A program made the translations under genes and the position numbers. A stretch of DNA of 64,000 bases from Haliotis rubra (Eukaryota): assembly GCF_003918875.1 (NCBI RefSeq), contig NW_025766990.1, forward strand, positions 434,001-498,000, read 5' to 3'. The notes under the pieces are model-generated. The model was given only the letters and a program-made list of their open reading frames with translations. It had not been told where the DNA came from and did not search any database. Position 1 is the stretch's first letter, and each line of letters starts with the position of its first letter. Positions 1-13,000 of the stretch are shown here, in pieces.

Positions 1-372
1 ACACATACACACGCATACACATGGTCATATCAGTGAAATAATCTTAAGTACAACGTTAAAGCCCATTTCACCTCACCTCACCTTTTACAAATACTGGAGT
101 TATGTTCTATTTCCAAAACAAATATTGAAAACTATAACTTATTAAAGCAACACACCCAAGTAGTTTTACGCTGCTTTTAGCAAAATTCCAGCAATATCAC
201 AGTGGAGAACACCAGAAATATTTGCTTCACACATTGTGCCCATGTGGGGAGTCAAACTCAGGTCTTTGGTGTTATGAGCGATTGCCTTAACCACTAGGCT
301 ACCCCACCGTCCCTGAAAGACTAACACTCAGTATTGAGATCCACAAACCCCACTGCGTGACATCAAGAACAA

Positions 373-545
373 AGGGGCGGTGGGGTAGCCTAGTGGTTAA
401 AGCGTTCGCTCATGACGATGAAGACCCAGGTTTGATTCCCCACATGGGTACAAAGTGTGAAGCCTATTTCTGGTGTCCCCTGCCGTGATATTGCTGGAAT
501 ATTGCTAAAAGTGACGTAAAACCAAACTCAGTCAGTCAGTCAGTC
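373..545 (+). mobile_element. SINE family A (tRNA-derived, ~165 bp, GTC in anticodon position, (CTCA/GTCA)n tail); opposite-strand copy at 160-314
   Basis: GGGGCGGTGGGGTAGCCTAGTGGTTAAAGCG...GGTT(C/T)GATTCCC...GGAATATTGCTAAAAG; this copy shows CpG decay. Confidence 0.9.
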
Positions 546-1569
546 CACATTAAGCTTACATGCCATGATATTGTTGGAATACTCACTCACTCACTCAAGA
601 ACGAAAGGCTTAGATTGAGCCTATCAAACGGTACTTATTTCTGACCCAAACTGTACCATGCTGTCATCATCTGGTACAACCATGGATGTTGTATGTAGGT
701 GTCTGACAAAGTAACTAATTACTCTCCGAAGAAAACCTACTTCATCTGTACCTGTTAAGGTTCAACAAGAATCAATGCACTCAACTGCTAAAAATACTCC
801 ATATTTCACTAATTAGTTCAAATATTTTACAGGAGTGCAAAATCTAACACTGGGACGAATACCATCACAAAAATCGATAAATTTCAAATGCTTCACCAGA
901 AAAGAAGTCATAGCAAACAAATGAAAATCATTTTTCAAGTTTCGATTTTGACAAGGATACATGAATCTCATCCATAACATCACAATCTGCTATCTTGTAG
1001 TGCATCAAGCAGGAACACTCTAAGCCATATTATCTGTATAGCAAACACAAAATTATAAAACCCTGATCTCAAGATTTCTATTTTGAGAGTTATTAGGTCC
1101 AACTTGCAAACTTTTCTTGGAGGTAGTTATACTTGACTGTACTGATGTGTACACTACAGTCTTGGTTCTGTCTATTAAGATGCCTTTAATAGTTCCTGGT
1201 TGAAAATAATTAAAGATGTCTAGCCTGTGTTCAAAGTATCCAGCTTGTTTAAATGAACACATTTGTGCTTTACCAAAGAGGTACTGAAGAACTCCAAATC
1301 CTGTTGATCCAAAAACGTGTCAAAGTTCTACAACTTCATATATCCTTTTTCTTGTTGTTTTACGTCACACTCAGCAATATTCCAGCTATGTGGAGGCAGT
1401 CTGTAAATAATCTGGACCAGACAATCCTGTGATCAACAGCATGAGCATTGATCTACCCACTTGGGATATGAAGAAATGTGTTAACCAAGTCAGCTGAAGA
1501 CCAATTCTAAATGGGATCTTCATGTGTTTATCCACTTGCTAAATACCACAACCCATTAAACATCATACT

Positions 1570-2720
1570 TCAGAGCTATTTTTCTCTATTTCAGCTACAA
1601 CTTCAGCACCATCTTCCTCACTCTCAGATACAAGTTCGCCACCATCTTCCTCTCTCAGCTACAACTTCAGCACCATCTTCCTCACTCTCAGATACAAGTT
1701 TGCCACCATCTTCCTCTATTTCAGCTACAACTTCAGCACCATCTTCCTCTTCTCTCAGATACAAGTTCCACCATCTTCTCTCTAGCTCAGCTTCACTCTT
1801 CCTCTATTTCAGCTACAACTTCAGCACCATCTTCCTCACTCTCAGATACAAGTTCGCCACCATCTTCCTCTCTCAGCTACAACTTCAGCACCATCTTCCT
1901 CACTCTCAGATACAAGTTTGCCACCATCTTCCTCTCTCAGCTACAACTTCAGCACCATCTTCCTCACTCTCAGATACAAGTTCTGCCACCATCTTCCTCC
2001 TCAGATACAAGTTCACACCATCTCTTCAGCTCTCACACAAGTTCAGCACCATCTTCCTCTCTCTCAGATACAAGTTCACACCATCTTCCTCTCTCAGATA
2101 CAGTTTGCCACCATCTTCCTCTCTCACAACTTCAGCACCATCAAGTCCTCACTCTCAGATACAAGTTTGCCACCATCTTCCTCTCTCAGACACAACTTCA
2201 GCACAACATCTTCCTCACTCGCTCTCAGATACAAGTTCGCCACCATCTTCCTCTCTCTCAGCTACAACTTCAGCACCATCTTCCTCACTCTCAGATACAA
2301 GTTCGCCACCATCTTCCTCTCTCTCAGATACAACTTCAGCCACCATCTTCACCATCTTCCTCTCAGATTCACACCATCTTCACCACCATCTTCCTCTCTC
2401 AGCTACAACTTCAGCACCATCTTCCTCACTCTCAGATACAAGTTCGCCACCATCTTCCTCTCTCAGCTACAACCTCCAGCACCATCTTCCTCACTCTCAG
2501 ATACAAGTTCGCCACCATCTTCCTCTCTCAGCTACAACCTCAGCACCATCTTCCTCTCTCTCAGATACAAGTTCGCCACCATCTTCCTCTCTCAGCTACA
2601 ACTTCAGCACCATCTTCCTCGCTCTCAGATACAAGTATGCCACCATCTTCCTCTCTCAGCTACAACCTCCACACCATCATCCTCTCTTTACAATTTCATC
2701 ATGATCTTCCTCTCTCATTT
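1570..2720. repeat. Pyrimidine-rich minisatellite, ~64-bp dimer of 33+31-bp monomers
   Basis: CAGCTACAACTTCAGCACCATCTTCCTCACTCT + CAGATACAAGTTCGCCACCATCTTCCTCTCT repeated. Confidence 0.95.
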
Positions 2721-3049
2721 ACAACTTCATAATCCATATAATTTTGGCAACAGCAGCGTCCAAATTACAGCATATCACAGACAAAAGTAACTTTAGTTGC
2801 TTCTGACATAAAAGTTGATAGTTTCTAACATTCCAAAACTACAAATTTATTGTGTGGCATGAAACAATATTCTTCAAGAAGATATAATATATTTTTATGC
2901 TAAACTTTCATCACAAGGAATTCAATTGAATGAGTTGGTGTAGCAGGTGACCAAGCAATTCACTTAAGGTGGATTGAAAACTGGCATAAGGGTTTGTTTT
3001 GTTAGTTGTTGAACACCATACACACCAAGGTTCAGGTTTATCATGGTCA

Positions 3050-3289
3050 CAGGGGTGGAAATAACTTGAAAAATGCTAGTGTACTCCGGTACAGTGGCAC
3101 ATGTAAAATCACTTGCCCTGATAATTTTTCCACTCTACCGGCCGATTTTCTTGGTGATTTTTTAAACAAACAACATAATTAACATTGGAATGTCAACTGG
3201 ACACCGTACAGCGTGATATACAAATGTGCTTGCCCGACAGAAAAAAACACTGGACTCGGACGTCGGGCAATGGGTTATTTCCACCCCTG
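3050..3289. mobile_element. MITE, hAT-like termini
   Basis: Perfect 16-bp TIR CAGGGGTGGAAATAAC / GTTATTTCCACCCCTG; TSD not clear. Confidence 0.7.
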
Positions 3290-5069
3290 TAGGTCGTACG
3301 TCAATAAGCCAGTCTCGACAAGAAATTACAGTGATTTATACCATGAGTATTGATCTCTACAATCAGAATATATTGATATGATCTCTACAACTGGAATATA
3401 ATAATATGCAGACAACCAAGTGATGAAGCTTGATCATCTGATACACTAACTTGCGTCTTACAACCATCTTCAATGGCATATTCTCACCCAGAATCTCATC
3501 AGATTTCATGTAAGACAAATACAGTGTTGTGACATCTTTAAAAGGTTTTAACACACTGAATAGGTGGGAGTAAGTGAGTGAGTTGGGTTTTAAGCAGCTT
3601 TTAGTCATATTCCAGCAACATCACGGCGGGGGACACCAGAAATGGGCTTCACACATTGTACCCATGTGAGGACTGGAACCCAGGCCTTTGTAATGATGAG
3701 CGAATGCTTTAACCACTGGGTTACCTCACCCTCCCTAAACGATTAGTGAATTAAGTCATCAGCCGTGACTACTAGTCTGATGTGGAATTGTCCAGTTTTG
3801 AAAACTTGTACTTCTAGTCCATGATTCGGTATTGCTTCATAACAATGATAGAGTGACGTCAGAAAATTTTCACAATTGATCACAGAAAAATTGAGTTAAG
3901 TAATCCTTAAAAAAATAAAAATGTGGTGATTGAATGATTGCATCTTATCAACAATCGATTTCAGTTTGAGAACCACAAGAGATTTCAGTTTTCGAGGTTG
4001 GTCTATTTCATACTAAATAATTTTTCAAGCTTTTTTTATTAAATTTTTTGATGTGAGTAATCTGATCCAGCTATACTGTGTGAGTTTAAACCCAGATTCC
4101 CACAGCAATAACACATTAAACAACAGAGATACATAAAAAATAACAGCAGACCAATTCCACAAAAAATGTTTTTTTCAGAACCATATCAGAAGGCATGGTG
4201 ATCCATTCTAATGAGACCAAAACCAATTGCCAAACGGACCCCCATCTCTTCAGCATCCCTGATGGTAAACACGTTTTCCTTCTCATCCCTCGGGCATTTA
4301 CACAGATGCAGATGCTGATCAACAAGAAAAAACTAAAACAATCAAAACTGCATGTTGGAGGCAGATGGAATCCATGACTGTTTCCCAGAGCTGCTTCACC
4401 CCAAACCTAAACATATTGGTCTTTTCGAGATAACTTTAAAGCACTTCTCTCCTCAAGTTTTACAGTGCCAGTAGGGACAGACACCGGAACTGACCAAGAC
4501 GGTGTATAGGTCAGACCTCCTGAGTAATTATGGCCCAATACGTTGTCGTTCGAGTTCTATCGAAAAACTGTTGATTACGCGACCAAATTAATTTTAGCCT
4601 TTGAAGAAACAAGCCAAATGAGCCAGATTTGGCTCAAAATAGACGAGAGGGGAAATAAGGTGTAGGTTTATAAACTTCCAATTACCAGCATCTTATTGGT
4701 ATCAAAGTTCCATCTGGTTCCAGATGTTTGTGTACGTATAAGTCTGCTCCTGTGGATCCCAGGCTGAGCTGCTTAAGTTATACAGTTTACTCTGTGGTTG
4801 GCTTGCAGTGATGCGCTTGGTTTCCATGACACACACCGTGATACTAAGCAGGTCAGTGGGTGATACATGGCGGTGGGGGTAGCCTTGTGGTTAAAGCGTC
4901 CGCTCGTCACACCGAAGACCTGAGTTCGATCCCCCACATGGGTACAATGTGTGAAACCCATGTCTGGTGTCCCAACCATAAAAACAACCAACCAAAAAAA
5001 CAACCATAAAAAACAACCAGCCAACCAACCAACCAACCACAAAAACAACCAACCAACCAATCAATCATA

Positions 5070-5236
5070 AGTGAGTGAGGGAGTATGGTTTTACGCCGCT
5101 TTTAGCAATATTACAGCAATATCACGTCGGGGCACACCAGAAATGAGCTTCACACAATGTACCCATGTGGGGATTCAAACCCGGGTCTTCGGCGTGACGA
5201 GCGAACGCTTTAACCACTGGGCTACCTCACCGCCCC
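5070..5236 (-). mobile_element. SINE family A (other copies at 3568-3735 and 4868-4973)
   Basis: Consensus match. Confidence 0.9.
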
Positions 5237-5453
5237 TTAATATAAGTACAGTAATGAACAAGAATACTCTCATTACTAGATTCATAATCCTCAAGGAATT
5301 ACATGATGCAGAAATGTTCTCACAAATATACAGAATAGACACAGAAAATTTCATCCCTCAGGATAATCACGGTACAAAATACTCATCAATAATCTAAAAT
5401 CTCAAGAGCGTTGTGGTTGCCATTGTTACATATTCTTTTATGATGGCTTATAC

Positions 5454-5625
5454 CTTCCCTTGAGAGTATATTCATCCACGGAAAGTTCAGCAATCCACGA
5501 AAAGTAATTCGACATCTTGTTAAGATCTGCAGAGGTAGAGCAATACTACATTCCACCATTATTGCTAAACATAGTATACCTAACACGAGCTGAATTCGAC
5601 GTTCTGGTGATTTCGACGATTGCAT
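5454..5625 (-). CDS. Candidate alternative first exon (MQSSKSPERRIQLVLGILCLAIMVECSIA...MNILSRE, or short form MNILSRE from 5475) + phase-1 G
   Basis: Open frame ending GAA G|GTATAA, phase 1, embedded in a local CpG island at 5480-6000. Confidence 0.35.
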
Positions 5626-6000
5626 TGCTCGCGCTACATCGGGTGAGTACGTGTGTGATCGGACTGTGCACAAACAGTTTCACTGGTAGGGCGGGTGCCC
5701 AGTCGCTAGGAAGTTTTATTGACAATGGTAATCGGGAAGTAAAGTTATATAAAAAGCAAACAAACATCAATATTATTTACCCAAGATCGTTAATACCCCT
5801 TTAGATGCAAAAATAGCAAGCGAAAATTCAGTAAGATCAGTCGTCTGCTGGTGACAGGCAATATATAAATAGGAAGCCACGTGATCACAACACTCCCTCG
5901 CAGTGCGGAGCAAAAAGTATGGCTCATCATCGAAAACCCATACAAAATACCCGGATATTACGAGCGGCCACTGTTTCGCCAATACGACGTCATCAACGCT
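5480..6000 (-). promoter_or_regulatory. Intragenic CpG island / putative alternative promoter
   Basis: High CpG density within otherwise CpG-poor DNA; GGGCGG, CACGTG and GACGTCA motifs. Confidence 0.45.
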
Positions 6001-7042
6001 ATTTTTGTAGGAAACACTTGATATTTTTGTGTGAAATAGATGAATATATCCTTTTTCACTCCATGTTAGTAAAATATAAACTTTAAATGATATTACAGAT
6101 AAAAATTACGTTTTTGTCTTACATCGTTGAAAACCCCTGACACCGGGATACCTAATCCAAGATGTACTGACATTGTAAGACAATCGTCTTGTTTATGTAT
6201 CCAACCAGAATCTAATACATGTATTGATATGAATATTCCTCAAATTTTCACACCCTAAATACTCCAACATAAACTGACACGAGAAAAGTTTATTAACACC
6301 AGGCAACATTGTAAAAAAAGCATTGTGATTCATCTTACAGTACGTTAGCTCGAAGCCCTTCATACTAACTGGATATATCCAGCTATCATGACTTGAAACA
6401 AGCCAGTCAAGTGCCTTGGAGGAATACATATAATATAATTTAAAGTAATCAGTCTAAGAAATGTAACATGTTCAAGAAATATTCAGATTCAATTTCAGTC
6501 AATCCTCCTTCGGTCATTTTAAAACAAAAAATTGAGCATGAGCTTAAATCTACTCCTGACTTCCCTAAGGGCTAACAGCAATGTGATTTATGCAGATGTT
6601 CATTGGACACCTGAGTATATTTCCCCACAAGCTGAGACCCAACGTTGCAGCATCGTGTGATCAGAAACCAGGAGATGGAATTGGAATCTTCATCTTCTAG
6701 GAAACCTCATCTTCTTGCACTCTTCTTAATGCAGGCCAACAAAGTGCAAGATCACCGCAAATAGTTTGATCCAAATATGGCACATGGTTCTTTTTACACA
6801 TATTATCCTCTTTCTTGACTGCGAAGTATGTTTAAATGAACACTAAATAAGTATTATTGCTACAGCAATTGACATAAGCATTGGCAAGTCATTGTTAAGC
6901 ACAAGTGATTGAGGATGAAATGATCCACTGAAGTATTAATACTGCACTGAGGGCAATACTTGTACTACAAATCATTAACATTGCTCCACACTAATTAACA
7001 TACCTTGAAGGGAAAGGAATTATATGTACTTCAAAGGTTTTG

Positions 7043-7399
7043 AGGTGAGGTGAGGTGAAATTGCGTTTACTGACGTGCTGGATAATATTTCGCTCATATG
7101 ACCACATGCATGCATGTGTATGTGTATGTGCGGCTGCTTGTACTAGCCAAGACTTAAGCTGGTTTTATAGTGCTAGCCCACTAAGATACCATGCTGCAGT
7201 GAAGCATGAATACCCCACTCAGACACATTATACTGACTCTGAGCCGACCAGTCCTTGCTGTACCCACTAATACCGAGCGCCAGGCCGGGACCAACAAGCA
7301 CCATATTTTAACGTCTTTTGGTATGAAGCGGTCGGGGATCGAACCCGCGAGCTTCCACTTTCCAGGCGGACGCTCTAACCACTGCACCACGGAGGCGGT
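7043..7399 (-). mobile_element. SINE family C (tRNA head + Meta/MESC-type core, (TCACC)n tail)
   Basis: A/B-box head; core AAGGACTGGTCGGCTC(G/A)GAGTCAGTATAATGTGTCTGAGTGGGG; TSD ACTTCAAAGGTTTTGA. Confidence 0.9.
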
Positions 7400-7456
7400 C
7401 ACTTCAAAGGTTTTGAAATATACATACAATGTTAATCATAACATTCCCATTCTTTT

Positions 7457-7712
7457 GTGAGTGAGTGAGTGAGTTTAATTTTAAGCCGCACTCAATATTC
7501 CAGCTATATGGCGGCGATCTGTAAATAATTGAGTCTAGAACAGACAATCCAGTGATGAACAAACTAAGCATCGATCTATGCAATTGGGATACGATGATAT
7601 ATGGTATGTGTCAACCAAGTCAGCAAGCCTGACCACCCACCGATCAAATTAGCTGTCTCTTACAACAAGCATGGGTTACTGAAGATCAACTGTAATCCGG
7701 ATCTTCATGAGT
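7457..7712 (-). mobile_element. SINE-like family B (other copies at 1350-1525 and 8857-9098)
   Basis: Consensus match. Confidence 0.85.
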
Positions 7713-8288
7713 CTAATCTCTGCGAATCATTTTTCATTTGAAAAACACTGCAGATCCCGAACCAAACGAACTAAAATTAAAGTATTGAGGGAAAATGGGG
7801 AAAGTGGAGTGTGGGCAAATACAAGTTTACTCTCGATATGACAAAAACACAAATTCTCACGAGAAGGTATGAAACATAAAAATTTGTTAATCAATTTTTT
7901 TATCATTAGATTTTAACAGAACACAATATTTTGTGCATGACTTGTTTTCCATCAATATTTTGCTCTATGATGGTCATCGAAATTCAAACTGATGTATTAC
8001 CAAAAATCTCTTTTTAAGTCATATAATGATTCTAGATCAAGGAAACATGATATGTCCTCAACGTAAAGGAATTTTGTATTTAAAATTCAAATTAAATTTT
8101 ATTATTATGAGTACATAATCTCATAAACTTAACATCAAAATATTGTAAAATATAAGTTAATAGGAGAATAATGTCCTGACAATGCCTAGGGCTGTTTTCC
8201 TGACAAAACATTGAGTGACAATCAGCAGAAATGTCTTTTAATGATGTTTTGTTCAGCATTTCAGTAATATCTTTGTGTGTCAGTTTGA

Positions 8289-8458
8289 CTGACTGACTGA
8301 CTGAGTTTGGTTTTACGCTGCTTTTAGCAATATTCCAGCAATATCACGGCAGGGGACACCAGAAATGGGCTTCACTCACTGTACCCATGTGGGGATTCGA
8401 ACCCAGGTCTTCGGCGTGACGAGCCAATGCTTTAACCACTAGACTACCCCACCGCCCC
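8289..8458 (-). mobile_element. SINE family A
   Basis: TSD GTGTCAGTTTGA. Confidence 0.9.
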
Positions 8459-8469
8459 GTGTCAGTTTG

Positions 8470-8823
8470 AGGTGAGGTGAGGTGAAACTGGGTTTAACGT
8501 CGTGCTGGAGAATATTTCGCTCATATGACGACGTGCATGCGTGTGTATGTGTATGTGCTGCTTGTACTAGCCAAGACTTAAGCTGGTTTTATAGTACTAG
8601 CCCACTGAGATACCATGCCGCAGTGAAGCATGAATACCCCACTCAGACACATTATACTGACTCCGAGCCGACCAGTCCTTGTTGTACCCATTAATGCCGA
8701 GCACCAGGCAGGGACCAACAAGTACCATATGTTAATGTCTTTTGGTATGACGCGGTCGGGGATCGAACCCGCGACCTTCCACTCTCCGGGCGGACGTTCT
8801 TACCACCACAACACGGAGGCGGT
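8470..8823 (-). mobile_element. SINE family C
   Basis: Full-length match to the 7043 copy; TSD TGTCAGTTTGA. Confidence 0.9.
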
Positions 8824-9574
8824 CATGTCAGTTTGATGTGGCAGAAGTTCTAAAGAGTTGGTTGGTTTGCTGTTTAATGCCTCACTCAGCAACATTCCAG
8901 CTATATGGTGGCGGTCAGTAATTAATCAAGTCTGGACCAGACAATCCAGTGATTAACATCATGAGCATCGATCTATGCAGTTGGGATACAATGACATGTG
9001 TCAACCAAGTCAGCAAGTCTGACCACCCAATTCCAGTGGTTGCCTCTTACGACAAGCGTTTGTTGTTGAAGACCAATTCTAGCCTGGATCTTCATGGGTG
9101 AATTCTAAAGAGAGACTGATCACAAAATTAATGACAGAGAAACGCTGGCACAGTGCTGACAAGTCAGTCATCATGGGAAGGTTTAATTTGGCGTAGAAAC
9201 CCATGAACAGTTGGTAATTGCACCAGCAAGCAAAACACCTCAACATAACAAGAACACTGAGCTTAATACCTAGAACTATTGCAGACAACACGGATGCTGC
9301 TAATGCCAAATAACAACTAGTGAATCAAGGCCAAAATGACAGGTCCAAAGACAAACCTTTTCTTAGACTACTGGAACCACAAACTCTCAGAGAGTCAGTA
9401 TTTACATGTCCAATAGTTGGTAAGTGTCCTTCATCTCATACTTCAAACATCAGCATTTGGCTAGGGATGGAAATTAGCGGTATTTGTTATACGAGGTAGT
9501 ACGATGATCAAAGACGATCATACAATTCTTGACAGAAGTTGTTTGTTCAAGGTTACAACATTCAAAGCCAAGTA

Positions 9575-9744
9575 CTGACTGACTGACTGAGTTTAGTTTT
9601 ACACCGCTTTTAGCAATACTCCAGCAACATCACGGCGGGGGACACCAGAAATGGGCTTCACGCATTGTGCCCATGTGGGGATTCGAACCCGGGTCTTTGG
9701 CGTGACAAGCCAGTGCTTTAACAATTAGGCTACCCCACCGCCCC
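9575..9744 (-). mobile_element. SINE family A (further copies at 14380-14544 and 15107-15195)
   Basis: TSD CAAAGCCAAGTA. Confidence 0.9.
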
Positions 9745-10619
9745 ACAAAGCCAAGTAAAGCTTTCAAAAATGGAAGACATGTGGAAGACATTTGAACATT
9801 TGACAAAAATGATGTCCGATGCAATTCCCTATTTTGACTTGTATGATATGTTCCAAAACATTTTCATGAAAACATTGACTAGCTTTGGCATATGTTTATA
9901 ACAGGTGCTACTGCTGGGGCAGGATACAAACACCATTCGAAGGACGTGATATCACGTCTGTGGGTCACAACCTTCAATACGAAACTATTTTTAGCAACAT
10001 GACGCTTACATAGGAGGGACGTGATATCCCGTCTCCATGGCTGCAACGGTTGACATGGACCATTCAAGAGGAACATAACATATAACTCCATATGAACTTA
10101 TTTTTTTCAAACATCTGTATTCACTTTTATTAAAATATTCCAGATTAAAAGAGAAAACATTAGGTCGTCTTTCGCCCAGAAACATTGGAAATGCAGTTTT
10201 TTCTAAAAGGAGAAATATAATTGAACTTACACTGCAGTGTGATAATTATGACAATTTTTTTCAATCCTGCGACTACACTACGGTGGAAGAACAACCACAA
10301 TTTAGTAGATTTATGTCATCACTTAGGATTATAGGGTCATGACATCCAAAGAACGAATGAAACGAGTGTTACCTGTGGTAACAGTTATAAGAACAGTCAA
10401 CAGTCAACATTGCTAACAATCAAACGTCAAACGTCGTAACAGCTACTCTCATCATCACAAATGGCAGATAGAACTTGGCTTGCAGTCCTATACGATTTTC
10501 CACGACCAGCCATTTAACGCTGTGTGGTCACCGAATGTCAAGGTCATATAGCACGTGGTTTTGACCAGGGGAGATAATCAAGTAAATCCTAAATAATGCA
10601 CTGTCACAAAGTACATGAA

Positions 10620-10866
10620 TTGCATTCGAAGGACGAGGATACACGGCTAGAAAACAGTGAAATATGTTTAGTATGAGTAGAAGAGTTATCACGTCCCTTG
10701 TATGGAAACATTGTAAAAAATCGGACATAATATCTCGTCCATCGAATTCAGAGGCTACGGATGGAAAAATCTGGTCGTATGCAAGGGTTGTAATGCCTGG
10801 ACGTGATATCACATCCTTAGGATATATGTGCATCTGTGAAAAATTCCGTCGTATGGAAAGAGTTAA
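10620..10866. mobile_element. piggyBac-like non-autonomous element fragment
   Basis: Repeated GGACGTGATATCACGTC-like palindromes (also at ~9942-10035); terminus ...GGAAAGAG-TTAA. Confidence 0.4.
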
Positions 10867-11564
10867 TGTGAACACCTGGAATCATCACTATTTGATAGTG
10901 ATTTATAAATATGTGCTCTGTCATCATATGTATCTCATGATGTCAATCACTGGATTGTCTGGTCCAGACTTGATTATTTACAGACAGCCATTTTATAGTT
11001 GTAATATTGCTGGATAAAGCATCAAACAAACAAACACATTCTCACAATTGTATGGAATCATCAGAATTGTACAACAGATTCTGGTGTCAGCAGAGACTTT
11101 TATGGATGTGGAAAGGGTTTTGTTGCTTTCATTTATTATGTTGATGACTTGTTCTGCGAAGACATGTTCCTCAACAGACTGGAGAAATCTCTGTCTCAAG
11201 TCAGGTTCTCATTGACCACCTATTGGTATGAGGATATGACTAGCCATCTCTGTAAATAATTGCCCTTATGTCTGTAGGCAAAATATATTGAATGGAGCCT
11301 CAAAGTAATAAATTGGCGGAATATGTGGAAAACCTTTCCAAATTTGGGAGACAGAATTTGGACCAGACCATTTGTCCTGAGGGATTGGATAAAGTGCATG
11401 GCATTTTCCTCTCCCACTAACAGCAAGTAGTGTTTGTATTTCCTTGTGAGGGGGCTTCATGGAATATGATGTCCCTATCCCCCTCACCATGAGTTAACCC
11501 TACACACCACCCCACCCACACACCCCAACATGCTTTCTCCTTATTGCCCTCAACATTTGTATTC

Positions 11565-13000
11565 CCTAACTCCCCGAGCATGTGTTCTTCCTAACTCCCT
11601 GAACATGTGTCGTCCCTGACTGCCTGCATGCCTGAGCATGTGTTCTCCTAACACCCAAAACATGTGTTGTCCCTAACTCCCTGAACATATGTCGTCCCAA
11701 ACTCCTTGAACATGTGTTGTCCCAAACTCCTCGAACATGTGTTATCCCAAACTCCCTGAACATGTGTTGTCCCAAGCTCCTCGAACATGTGTTATCCCAA
11801 ACTCCCCGAACATGTGTCGTCCCAAACTCCCCGAACATGTGTCCTCCCTAACTCCCTAAACATGTGTCATCCCAAAGTCCGTGAACATGTGTCATCCCTA
11901 TCCCCCTCAACATGTGTCCATCCTATCCTCCCAAACATGTGTCCTCCTTATCATCCAAGACATGTGTATTCCTTATCTTCCTCAACATGTGTCCATCCTA
12001 TCCACCTCAACACATGTATTCCTCATCTTCCTCAACATGTGTCCATCCTATCCTCCCAAACATGTGTCCTCCTTATCATCCAAGACATGTGTATTCCTTA
12101 TCTTCCTCAACATGTGTCCATCCTATCCACCTCAACACATGTATTCCTCATCTTCCTCAACATGTGTCCATCCTATCCCCTCAACATGTGTATTCCTTAT
12201 CTTCCTTGTGTGTCCATCCCCTCCCACACATGTATTCCTCCTCCTCAACATGTGTCATGTGTCCATCCTCCAACATCCTCCTTATCTTCCCCTCAACATG
12301 TGTCCTCCTTGTATTCCTCATCCAAGACATGTGTATCATCATGTGTATTCTTATCTTCCTCAACATGTGTCCATCCTATCCCTACCTGTATCCTCCCCCC
12401 CTCAACATGTGTATTCCTTATCTTCCTCAACATGTGTCCATCCTATCCTCCCAAACATGTGTCCTCCTTATCATCCAAGACATGTGTATTCCTTATCTTC
12501 CTCAACATGTGTCCATCCTATCCTACTCCTCAACACATGTATTCCTCATCTTCCTCAACATGTGTCCATCCTATCCTCCCCTCAACAAACATGTGTCCTC
12601 CTTATCATCCAAGACATGTGTATTCCTTATCTTCCTCAACATGTGTCCATCCTATCCACCTCAACATATGTATTCCTCAACATGTGTCCATCTTCCTCCT
12701 CCCAACATGTGTCCATCCTATCCTCCCAAACATGTGTCCTCCTTATCATCCAAGACATGTGTATTCCTTATCTTCCTCAACATGTGTCCATCCTATCTTC
12801 CTCAACACATGTATTCCTCATCTTTCTCAACATGTGTCCATCCTATCCTCCCAAACATGTGTCCTCCTTATCCTCCCAAACATGTGTATTCCCTATCCTA
12901 CTCAACACATGTCCTCCATATTCTCTTCCCTGTGTCCACCTCATCTCCTCAACATGTTCCCCCTTCCTCATCATGTGTGTTTCTCTGGTCCCTCTAATCT
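11565..13000. repeat. 25-bp CATGTGT-anchored minisatellite with a 125-bp higher-order repeat
   Basis: Five 25-bp variants recur at a 125-bp period (e.g. 11911 and 12036). Confidence 0.95.

Noticed and set aside
1511-2790. 397-aa and 290-aa Ser/Thr-rich ORFs
   Set aside because: Several frames are open only because the minisatellite lacks stops; there is no single preferred frame (64-bp unit).
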